In this document: piece by piece, positions 40,921 through 50,414 of the stretch
How positions within the stretch are numbered: the stretch's first letter is position 1
Layout: every line of letters starts with the position of its first letter
Assembly: GCF_964355755.1 (NCBI RefSeq)
Contig: NC_092670.1
Span: 30,740,388 to 30,804,387 of the forward strand
DNA length: 64,000 nucleotides
Direction: 5' to 3'
From: Antedon mediterranea
Taxonomy: Eukaryota; Animalia; Echinodermata
The notes under the pieces: model-generated
Seen by the model: the letters and a program-made list of their open reading frames with translations, nothing else
The model's database searches: none
Told to the model about the DNA's origin: nothing
Made by a program: the position numbers and the translations under genes

Positions 40921-42768
40921 GTACCACCAGTAGTCTGAAGGTATTGCGATATGGAGCTAGAGGGTTGTCGCACCAGTAGTCTGAAGGTATTGCGATATGG
41001 AGCTAGAGGGTTGTACCACCAGTAGTCTGAAGGTATTGCGATATGGAGCTAGGGTGTTGTACCACCAGTAGTCTGAAGGTATTGCGATATATGGAGCTAG
41101 AGGGTTGTCGCACCAGTAGTATGAAGGTATTGAGATATGGAGCTAGAGGGTTGTCGCACCAGTAGTCTGAAGGTATTGCGATATGGAGCTAGAGGGTTGT
41201 CGCACCAGTAGTATGAAGGTATTGCGATATGGAGCTACAGGGTTGTACCACCAGTAGTCTGAAGGTATTGCGATATGGAGCTAGAGGGTCATACCACCAG
41301 TAGTATGAAGGTATTGCGATATGGAGCTAGGGGGTTGTACCACCAGTAGTCTGAAGGAATTGCGATATGGAGCTAGAGGGTTGTACCACCAGTAGTCTGA
41401 AGGTATTGCGATATGGAGCTAGAGGGTTGTACCACCAGTAGTCTGAAGGTATTGCGATATGGAGCTAGAGGGTTGTCGCACCAGTAATCTGAAGGTATTG
41501 CGATATGGAGCTAGAGGGTTGTACCACCAGTAGTCTGAAGGTATTGCGATATGGAGCTAGAGGGTTGTCGCACCAGTAGTCTGAAGGTATTGCGATATGG
41601 AGCTAGAGGGTTGTACCACCAGTAGTCTGAAGGTATTGCGATATGGAGCTAGAGGGTTGTACCACCAGTAGTATGAAGGTATTGCGATATGGAGCTACAG
41701 GGTTGTACCACCAGTAGTCTGAAGGTATTGCGATATGGAGCTAGAGGGTCATACCACCAGTAGTATGAAGGTATTGCGATATGGAGCTAGGGGGTTGTAC
41801 CACCAGTAGTCTGAAGGTATTGCGATATGGAGCTAGAGGGTTGTACCACCAGTAGTCTGAAGGTATTGCGATATGGAGCTAGAGGGTTGTACCACCAGTA
41901 GTCTGAAGGTATTGCGATATGGAGCTAGAGGGTTGTCGCACCAGTAGTCTGAAGGTATTGCGATATGGAGCTAGAGGGTTGTACCACCAGTAGTCTGAAG
42001 GTATTGCGATATGGAGCTAGAGGGTTGTCGCACCAGTAGTCTGAAGGTATTGCGATATGGAGCTAGAGGGTTGTACCACCAGTAGTCTGAAGGTATTGCG
42101 ATATGGAGCTAGAGGGTTGTACCACCAGTAGTCTGAAGGTATTGCGATATGGAGCTAGAGGGTTGTCGCACCAGTAGTCTGAATGTATTGCGATATGGAG
42201 CTAGGGGGTTGTACCACCAGTAGTCTGAAGGTATTGCGATATGGAGCTAGAGGGTTGTCGCACCAGTAGTCTGAAGGTATTGCGATATGGAGCTAGAGGG
42301 TTGTCGCACCAGTAGTCTGAAGGTATTGCGATTTGGAGCTAGAGGGTTGTACCACCAGTAGTCTGAAGGTATTGCGATATGGAGCTAGAGGGTTGTACCA
42401 CCAGTAGTCTGAAGGTATTGCGATATGGAGCTAGAGGGTTGTACCACCAGTAGTCTGAAGGTATTGCGATATGGAGCTAGGGGGTTGTACCACCAGTAGT
42501 CTGAAGGTATTGCGATATGGAGCTAGAGGGTTGTACCACCAGTAGTCTGAATGTATTGCGATATGGAGCTAGAGGATTGCCGCACCAGTAGTATGAAGGT
42601 ATTGCGATATGGAGCTAGGGGGTTGTACCACCAGTAGTCTGAAGGTATTGCGATATGGAGCTAGAGGGTTGTACCACCAGTAGTCTGAATGTATTGCGAT
42701 ATGGAGCTAGAGGGTTGTCGCACCAGTAGTCTGAAGGTATTGCGATATGGAGCTAGAGGGTTGTCGCA
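40921..42768. repeat. 46-bp minisatellite, ~40 copies
   Basis: Unit GT(AC/CG)CACCAGTAGTCTGAAGGTATTGCGATATGGAGCTAGAGGGTT in head-to-tail copies with no unique spacers. Confidence 0.98.
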
Positions 42769-44514
42769 ATATCACATTCACTTTGCCTTTTCCATACGCT
42801 TTTTTCAGTAAATGTTGGTTGAACTGATCAGGTTAGAATAGATTCCAAAAGATTCCTTGTGTTCTTGTGAAGTTAGATTTAAAAAAAAACAAGTTGTTTA
42901 ACAATCTTGCAGTGAGAAACTATACATAACGTCTCTTACAATGTAAATGGTTAACTTTTTTATATACTCTTCTTAACATTTAAAGCTGTCATCAGGTTGA
43001 GTACATTTTTAAAAGTTTGGTAACACTTTTTGAAATTTTAACTTGCGTTGGAAGTACACCAGCAATATTTTGCAACATAAAGGAGAAAGCACTATAGTAA
43101 GCATAATTATAGAGAAACTAGCGCCCCAAACGGGTATTATGATGGTATACCCAACTATATTGTAAAAGCATTTTTATTATAAACTAGACGTGATTTTTTG
43201 ACGTCAAAATAACTCGATGTAATAAAATAAAAGAAATTAAATACATAATTGTTTATCAACAATAACATTCCTTCACGTCAGATTGAACAAAAAAATTCTT
43301 AAATAAATACGGTAATAGGCCTAAATGAAGAAAAAAAATAATTTTCTGCTGTGACATTTGTCAACACTGTATCACTCAAAAACGGTAAAACCACATACTT
43401 TTTTCAAAGGCTGGCCTACTTGTTTTATTTCAAACATTTGTTAAAGCATAAATGTGTCATCGATATAAGCTGTTAGTGTACAATGATATACTAAACATGT
43501 GTACTTAACGGTATACTGTTTCAAATCACTGATGGATTGAAACATTGAACGATGTCGTATAGACATGTACTATAAATAAAAACATATTATATCAATTTAG
43601 AACGTGGATTTACTACATATAGTTCAAACATTAAACCATAAACTATATCGGTTACTATTGGGCTAAATAGCAAGTAGTCACTACAGTCAATACGGTGATG
43701 ATGTTTATGACTGTCAAGCAGTGGACTGATTGACTAGTGCAATATTTATTTATTATTTGTAATCTTAAAGCAATTTTATTTTTAATATCCATTTTCACTG
43801 ACCCGAGAATAAACATGGTTTACATAAAAATATAACGGAATCTGGAGTGATGGACTCGTACATAAGGAGCCGATACACCAACCTAAGCAGCTCTCCATGC
43901 CTACACAAATCAAAGGCCTACACAGATCAAAGCTATGCATACTTTAGATTGTATATTTCGAGTGCATCGACATAATAATTTTTTTTTTTAAACAACTCAA
44001 AACTTTGCAAAAAATCTTCTGTACAGTTTCCCATGTGTATATCATATTATCTTTTGCTGTAACATTACAGTGCTCTTCGCCGTTATTGTTGCTCGTATGC
44101 ATATCAGTGATAAGCAATACATTTATATAAGCAGCATTAATAATTAATACAATAATATAAATGCCGAGTTATGTAAGCGAAAGGGAAAGAAAAGATCAAC
44201 AAACAAATCATTAAATCGATAATTTACCGTAAAATGATCGAATAGGCGGTCTTAATTTAAAATCATTATAACATCAATTATTTAAAGAGGTATTGTCCGC
44301 ATAAAACATGAACAACTAAAATGTGAATAAAATAAAATGTGAATAGGCCATTTGTATTATTATATAGTTATTCACTTTTTTAAAAAGAGAGAATAATAAT
44401 AACCTCGCTTAGGCCTATAAATACTAAAACAGTTTAGCTAAACTTACCCCATTGACTTCTTATCCATTTGGGCTAAATTATGGTTTTACTATAATAAATA
44501 TGTTTTCTTCTCGG

Positions 44515-44986
44515 TGTCACGAACTCCTCTCACGTATGTTTCCGAGCGGTTGAAAATACTTTAGGAACTCCCTTGTGACATAAAAGTATACACACAAAAT
44601 CCACAAAGTTGTAAAATAACTCAAAAACAAAGCTTTAATTTCAATCAACTTCAACTTTTAACAATCCAGTAAGCACTTTAAACAACAGCTTCACAATGAC
44701 TTTACAATATAACATCCAACCTCTAATCCAACCTCTAATCCAACCTCTAATCCAACAACCTTACAATAGTTTACATCCCTTTATATACAAGATGCTCCTA
44801 TCCTTCTAGATCATTCTTTATACTTCTCATTATTACATGATTACAGTTTCTATTAATAGCACTTCTGGAATGTTCTTGATTGTTCTTATTAATTATACAT
44901 GGTTTCTTAAATCAAAACATCTTATTCTAGAATGTTCATGTAAATACTATGTTACTCTATATGTTAGGGAATGGTAATTTATTACA
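44515..44986 (-). repeat. 3' LTR (472 bp)
   Basis: No mismatch to 47606-48077 found by eye. Contains a minus-strand TATATAAA, an ATTAAA and three copies of ATCCAACCTCTA. Confidence 0.97.
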
Positions 44987-45000
44987 CTCCCCCCTCTTTC
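44987..45000 (-). promoter_or_regulatory. Polypurine tract
   Basis: Minus strand GAAAGAGGGGGGAG directly before the TG of the 3' LTR. Confidence 0.93.
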
Positions 45001-45129
45001 TGAGCTCAAAACTCTTTCTTGGAGTTTTGAGGGGCTAGTATACACGGACGTGTCAAAACTTAACCCACTCCTAGTCTATAAAACTTAATTACACCATAAT
45101 AACATAGAACATAATTATTAATAATTACT

Positions 45130-45330
45130 AATAATGAACCAACAATATTCATGTCAATTTGTCGGAATGGTTCACTAACAATTACTGACATAGAAATCAT
45201 CGGGGCCTTAAATTTAGTTTTATACGTTGAGGCTTTACAATACTCTTTCAATGAAATATCATGTGAAAATTTCAAAAACACTATTACGGCAAGGGTATGG
45301 AACTACTAATTGCTCTATTGGTTCTGTCTG
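45130..45330 (-). pseudogene. Degenerate, internally deleted integrase N-terminus
   Basis: QLVVPYPCRNSV ends the long ORF. A shifted frame then reads SHDISLKEYCKAS...KAPMISMSVIVSEPFRQIDMNIVGSL, a decayed form of the Gypsy integrase KAP...P.I.EPF.RIAMDIVGPL motif. The HHCC segment and the DDE core are lost. Confidence 0.75.
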
Positions 45331-47244
45331 GTGTTTAGTGAAAACCTGTCTAAATAAAATTCCATCCTTACAGACTATCTTTATAGTGTCATCATCTTTC
45401 TGTACTAACATCTGTTCTCGAAGTGAAATTAAAGTTCTATCCTTAACCTGATAATCCTTAATTTTATCTCTGCCAATATCTAAAATGTCTAATTCACTAT
45501 CTTGGCTAGATTGAGCTTCCTTTGTTTTTGCAAACTCTTTCCTAACTTTTCGTTTCTCACTTCTGGTTTTATGAACTTTTTCCTTGGGAGGGTTGTCACT
45601 GAGTAGTTGGCCATCTAAATGGCCAAATTCTTCTTGAAAATTAACCACATCATCTAACTGACGTGAAATAACCCCAGAAGCTTTTTCCGACTTTAATTCG
45701 TTTTCCTCCCTTAGTTTTTCTTTTCTAGCATGATCTCTAGTGGCAACAAAACTATGCCTATCATGATTCTTATTCCCCTTCCCTAATAAGTCTCCAAAGT
45801 TAGGAAAGTCCCTACCAAGAATTACATCTCTTGGTAAATCGCTGCAAACGCCAACCAACAAATTATGGTCTTCGTTATTAACCTTAATATTGACGAATGC
45901 AGTAGGATAGGCTTGGACATGGTCATGGACGCACCTGCATGTAATTTTAGCTTGCTCCGCGCGATTAATTTTCTTAGCCGCTACTAAATCAGAATGAACA
46001 AGTGTCATATCACATCCAGAGTCTATCAAAATTTCACAATCACATCCTTCAACTAGGCCTCTACAAACGTAAGGTGTACATGGTTTTGAAACAGTATCTG
46101 TCTTTGTCGACAAAAAGCCATCCTTACTTCGACAAAATCGTTCTATGTGGCCTACTTTTTTGCACCGTCTACAAACGAGAGGTTGTCTAGCGTCAGATTG
46201 TGATTTATGAAAGTTATCAGGGGGATTATTATTACCATTACTGTCAACTTCAGGAGTGCCTTTCACTGTTTTCTCCTGGTTGTTTCTATTTTCGTGTTTT
46301 CTATTTTGAAACTTTTTCTCAAAATCGATACCTTTTCTAGCTTGAAAATAATTATCTGCTAATTCTGCAGCATTTAATCCAGAATCTGGTTTATGTTCTT
46401 TAACCCAAATTTGTACCCCTGTGGGCATAATATCTATCAATTGCTCTAAAATAACAATTTCAGCTAAATCATCTTTGCTTTTATCAGCAGGCCTAGCCCA
46501 CTTAGTAAATAAATCTTTTAACCTAACATACATTTCTCTATAACTTTCTTCACTTTTCTTTTTAATTGACCTAAACCTTTGTCTATATGTCTCTTCAGTT
46601 ATGTCATACCTTTGTAATATTGCTTTCTTCACTATGTCGTACTGGTTACTTTCTGTCACTGGTAGTGATGCATAGGCTGCTCTTGCTTTGCCTGTCAAAT
46701 GTGGTATCAGTTTTACTACCCAGTGTTCTTTTCGCCACTCATAGGTGTTAGCAATTCGTTCAAACGTAGTGAGATAATTTTCAATATCATCACTATCAGA
46801 AAGTTTTGCAATCTGAACTTCCTTCAATCTCATTATATCTTTTAATCGTTTCTCCTCACTGTCCTTTTGCTTATCCATTAACGCCATTACCAATGCTTGC
46901 TGTTTCTCCATATCTTCCCGACGTCTTTCATTATCTTCTTGACGTAAACGTTCTTGTTTCTCTATATCTTCCCGACGTCTTTCATTATCTTCTTGACGTA
47001 AACGTTCTTGTTGTTTCATCATCTGCTGCATCATAATATTCTGCTGTTGCATTTGCTGCTGCATCAACAACAAAAAATTTTTTGAAAATGAGTCAGCCCC
47101 TGTAGGGTTATGTCCACTGGTTGGTCCAGACTCTTCTGCCTGTTGTTCAGGTTGTATTGATTGAACTGATTCTACATCCGAATCAGTTTCATCGCCGCCG
47201 CTGTATTCTTTACCGGATCTTGTTGTTGATTGTTTATCAGCCAT
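45259..47244 (-). CDS. gag: Gag-protease polyprotein (661 aa): coiled-coil N-terminus, SCAN-like capsid domain, CCHC knuckle, aspartic protease
   Basis: DDIENYLTTFERIA...W...LIPHLTGKARAAY (Gag); EETYRQRFR...LKDLFTKW...LEQL...WVKEHKP...AAELADNY (SCAN-like); CRRCKKVGHIERFC (CX2CX4HX4C); LIDSGCDMTLV...VILGRDF (retropepsin). Confidence 0.95.
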   Translation of the reverse strand: MADKQSTTRSGKEYSGGDETDSDVESVQSIQPEQQAEESGPTSGHNPTGADSFSKNFLLLMQQQMQQQNIMMQQMMKQQERLRQEDNERRREDIEKQERLRQEDNERRREDMEKQQALVMALMDKQKDSEEKRLKDIMRLKEVQIAKLSDSDDIENYLTTFERIANTYEWRKEHWVVKLIPHLTGKARAAYASLPVTESNQYDIVKKAILQRYDITEETYRQRFRSIKKKSEESYREMYVRLKDLFTKWARPADKSKDDLAEIVILEQLIDIMPTGVQIWVKEHKPDSGLNAAELADNYFQARKGIDFEKKFQNRKHENRNNQEKTVKGTPEVDSNGNNNPPDNFHKSQSDARQPLVCRRCKKVGHIERFCRSKDGFLSTKTDTVSKPCTPYVCRGLVEGCDCEILIDSGCDMTLVHSDLVAAKKINRAEQAKITCRCVHDHVQAYPTAFVNIKVNNEDHNLLVGVCSDLPRDVILGRDFPNFGDLLGKGNKNHDRHSFVATRDHARKEKLREENELKSEKASGVISRQLDDVVNFQEEFGHLDGQLLSDNPPKEKVHKTRSEKRKVRKEFAKTKEAQSSQDSELDILDIGRDKIKDYQVKDRTLISLREQMLVQKDDDTIKIVCKDGILFRQVFTKHQTEPIEQLVVPYPCRNSVFEIFT

Positions 47245-47586
47245 TTTAAATCTGGATGAGGGTCTTGTTACTAGTTAATCGTAGTTACCGAGACGTTCAC
47301 AAGTCTACTGTTCCAAATAAATAATGTACTGTTCTTAAAACAATGTTTGTGTACTTACGATTAAACAAAACGTAGCACCACGGCTTCCGTAAAATATCTC
47401 AGTATCGTAAGTACCGCTTCCTCAAAATATCAATAAAAGTACAGTTGATCCTAAACAGCCACCAATCTATGGCAAAATACAGTAGATCAAACTGCTACCA
47501 CAAAATATCACAACAGTACTGTAGATAAAAACACAGTTAAGTCGAACAGTAGATCGAAATAACCGCTGCCACCAAATTAGGCTGAA

Positions 47587-47600
47587 CACCGCTGCCACCA
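47587..47600 (-). promoter_or_regulatory. Primer-binding site, tRNA-Leu (AAG/TAG type)
   Basis: Minus strand TGGTGGCAGCGGTG lies 5 nt after the 5' LTR. It is complementary to ...CACCGCTGCCA-CCA, the 3' end of metazoan tRNA-Leu(AAG/TAG) as recalled. Confidence 0.88.
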
Positions 47601-47605
47601 AATTA

Positions 47606-48077
47606 TGTCACGAACTCCTCTCACGTATGTTTCCGAGCGGTTGAAAATACTTTAGGAACTCCCTTGTGACATAAAAGTATACACACAAAATCCACAAAGT
47701 TGTAAAATAACTCAAAAACAAAGCTTTAATTTCAATCAACTTCAACTTTTAACAATCCAGTAAGCACTTTAAACAACAGCTTCACAATGACTTTACAATA
47801 TAACATCCAACCTCTAATCCAACCTCTAATCCAACCTCTAATCCAACAACCTTACAATAGTTTACATCCCTTTATATACAAGATGCTCCTATCCTTCTAG
47901 ATCATTCTTTATACTTCTCATTATTACATGATTACAGTTTCTATTAATAGCACTTCTGGAATGTTCTTGATTGTTCTTATTAATTATACATGGTTTCTTA
48001 AATCAAAACATCTTATTCTAGAATGTTCATGTAAATACTATGTTACTCTATATGTTAGGGAATGGTAATTTATTACA
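47606..48077 (-). repeat. 5' LTR (472 bp)
   Basis: Direct repeat of 44515-44986, followed on the minus strand by the PBS. Confidence 0.97.
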
Positions 48078-48175
48078 CTCGGAAAAAAAAACATATTGAC
48101 ATAAAATGCCATATTCAACAATATGGTCTATATTATAGTCAGTCGGTTTTATGTTCCCTGAAAAACAAAACCTAT

Positions 48176-48867
48176 ACAAGGCCATATAGATGGCTGCAGT
48201 CGCGTGCCCATTAGTGTTTACCGACCGACCGACCAACCTACCAACTGACCGAAATTACTGAACATGTTTAAAAATGTTGAAATGTTTAAAAACATTTACA
48301 TTTTTTTTAATTTACACGTGCGTAGCCTGTCACTTTTGACGTGCTCGTATAACGTAATTTCGAGTTAAAAAGTAAGTCAAGAAAACAGAAATCGGGCAAA
48401 AAGAGTGCGCAATAACATTTAACGCAAAAATCTGCGATTTTGTAAACGCTTAAAATTGCCTGAAACGTAGGCCTACTCTTATTTCATCGAAAATAAATTT
48501 TGAAAATTTTAAGCGCGCGTATGCATGCGTTACATGCGCTACGCACGTAATTGTATTGCCATATGATGATTTATGCCCTGAAATTTATGAGTACCAAATT
48601 TTATTTAATTGTGATTCATGGTTGTGAAGATATGATTACAAACGTGATTTCGTACACCACGTAATTTTTTATTGCGCACCGTGAAAACATAACCACATCG
48701 ATTCCTGGCCATAAGGAATATACTGTGAAAAATTGACTTAGCTAGATTAAACTGATATCAAGATAAGGTCAGAAAGCGATAAAACGCATAGTGATACCAG
48801 ACCGACAGACCGACCAACCGACCGACCGACATAGTGAACTATAGAGTCGCGTCCACGCGACTAAAAA
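48176..48867 (-). mobile_element. Helentron-like non-autonomous element (HINE/DINE-1/pearl type), long form
   Basis: One end has the hairpin AGTCGCGT-CC-ACGCGACT plus AAAAA (48845-48867). The other has the subterminal repeat AGTCGCGTG plus the short palindrome GCCATATAGATGGC. Two (CCGA/CAGA)n tracts flank a ~560-bp core; no TSD. Confidence 0.8.
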
Positions 48868-49203
48868 CTGTTATGGAAAGTATATTATCGAGCTTGTTAA
48901 TACCACGCAAAACTCTAATAAAATTCAGAATTTTACACCTTAACTTTACATATCTAAATGGTTATAACCTTTCCAACTGACGTTTTTAATTCATGATAAT
49001 TAATCATTAATTTATGCTTTGGTATTTAATTTATCGGATGAGCTACTTTCAAACAAAAGACATTTAAACCTGTAAAATTATGAGATTGCATAAATTTTAT
49101 TTTTACAAAAATGAATTAACATTTTTTGGTTTCGCTTAGGAATTTTAGAGTAAAAATTTGATGAAAAAATTGTCAATTGAATTGGTCTTTTTTGAAGACC
49201 TAA

Positions 49204-49484
49204 AGCTGCTTCACATCACGATTCGGTCTGCCGACCTGAGGAAAATATCGCGAGCGTTGAACGTGTCAAGCGAGGTCATTCATGCTCACTGTTGATTGGT
49301 CAAAAGAAAAAAAATCGTACGATTTCAGGAAACAAATGGCTTATTGATCTTGATCCGAATCAGGGTACGGTACGGATTCATGGTACGATTTTGGTGTAAC
49401 AATCCTATGCTTCACCCATTATCATTATTATTATATTTTTCTCAGGCGCGCCGGACTAAATCCGGCCGAGATGTGAAAGCAGCT
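49204..49484. mobile_element. 281-bp Harbinger-like MITE
   Basis: TAA|AGCTGCTTCACATC...GATGTGAAAGCAGCT|TAA, with subterminal CCTGAGGAAAATAT / ATATTTTTCTCAGG inverted arms. Confidence 0.85.
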
Positions 49485-50309
49485 TAAGAAACGATAGCAT
49501 ACTAAATGTTAATATATTTACCCAAATGTTAAGTTTAAAATGTTTGATACGTAAAGGGGTTAACAAATTCATGTGAATTATTTTATTCAAGTTATTTTAT
49601 ACAAAGTGCCTCGTAAAGTAAATACTATATGTAAATATATAGGCCTACAGGGTTCAAAAAACGATATATAATTAAGAAGTAGACTGTCGTTATAGCTGTC
49701 TGTCCCTTTCAACTCAATTACAGTCCCTTACAACGCAGTATCGGAAAACAACATTCTAATGTAATAGAACATGAACTGGTGCAGGGTATATGGTACAATC
49801 AACTGGGGTTAAAAGGACACTAGTGGTCAAATCTGAACGGTATTCCACTGAAATAGGCCTGCTTCGGTTGAGTTCTGACGCCTACAAATATGCCTAACTT
49901 TTCCGTGGTGTATAACATTATAGTGTACGGATTAGTAAGCCTGTAGTGTGGAAAACAGCGTTTTTCTACGAATGCATCTTCGTACGTGAACATACATTTT
50001 TTTAAAGAGATTGATACATTTTCGTATTGTGAGAAATAAATACTACAGCTTCGCGTCTGAATATAATACCAAATACAACATAATTAATAGAAGCAAGCGG
50101 GTTTACAGAAAAGAATACTCAGCGAAAACAAAATTATCTGTTAATTTTTTTACCAATACATTTCGCATGATCAGTTATTACCAAAGCAACCAACCAGATG
50201 CCCAATCACAACGCAACAATTTGTCCTCCAGATCAAAGGCTAAAATTATTGCATTTATCCGACAATTATCCGATTTAAATGCGTTAATTATAGGTTAATT
50301 TTTCTTCAG

Positions 50310-50414
50310 TAGAATCGGTTAAACCCCGTTTCCGCAGGCAGTCTATCATTTAATTTTTATCGGTTAATTACCGGTTAATTGTTGGCTGTGGAAACACGGT
50401 CTACGCTGATTCTA
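50310..50414. repeat. Small degenerate fold-back element
   Basis: AGAATCGG...CCGTTTCCGCAG pairs imperfectly with CTGTGGAAACACGG...CTGATTCT. Confidence 0.45.

Larger units (their letters stand above)
44515..48077 (-). mobile_element. Non-autonomous Ty3/Gypsy (Gmr1-like) LTR retrotransposon, 3563 bp
   Basis: Two 472-bp LTRs with TG...CA ends and a 5-bp TSD CTCGG (44510-44514 and 48078-48082). PBS and PPT are correctly placed for minus orientation. Gag-PR ORF followed by an integrase remnant; no RT/RNase H. Confidence 0.97.

Noticed and set aside
40910-40946. Microexon at the array start (TTTTGCAG|TACCACCAGTAGTCTGAAG|GTATTG)
   Set aside because: The donor is weak, no plus-strand gene context was found, and only the first unit has an acceptor. 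Likely chance.
40921-42768. CRISPR array
   Set aside because: Units are contiguous with no unique spacers, there are no cas genes, and the context is eukaryotic. It is a minisatellite.
44282-44500. Kolobok-like element end (TTAA-AGAGGTATTGTCC), similar to ~15430-15510
   Set aside because: The two stretches are related repeats, but I could not find the matching opposite terminus, so neither boundaries nor superfamily can be supported.
45227-47036. Plus-strand ORFs at 45227, 46002 and 46806
   Set aside because: Antisense shadows of the Gag-PR ORF with no recognisable motifs.
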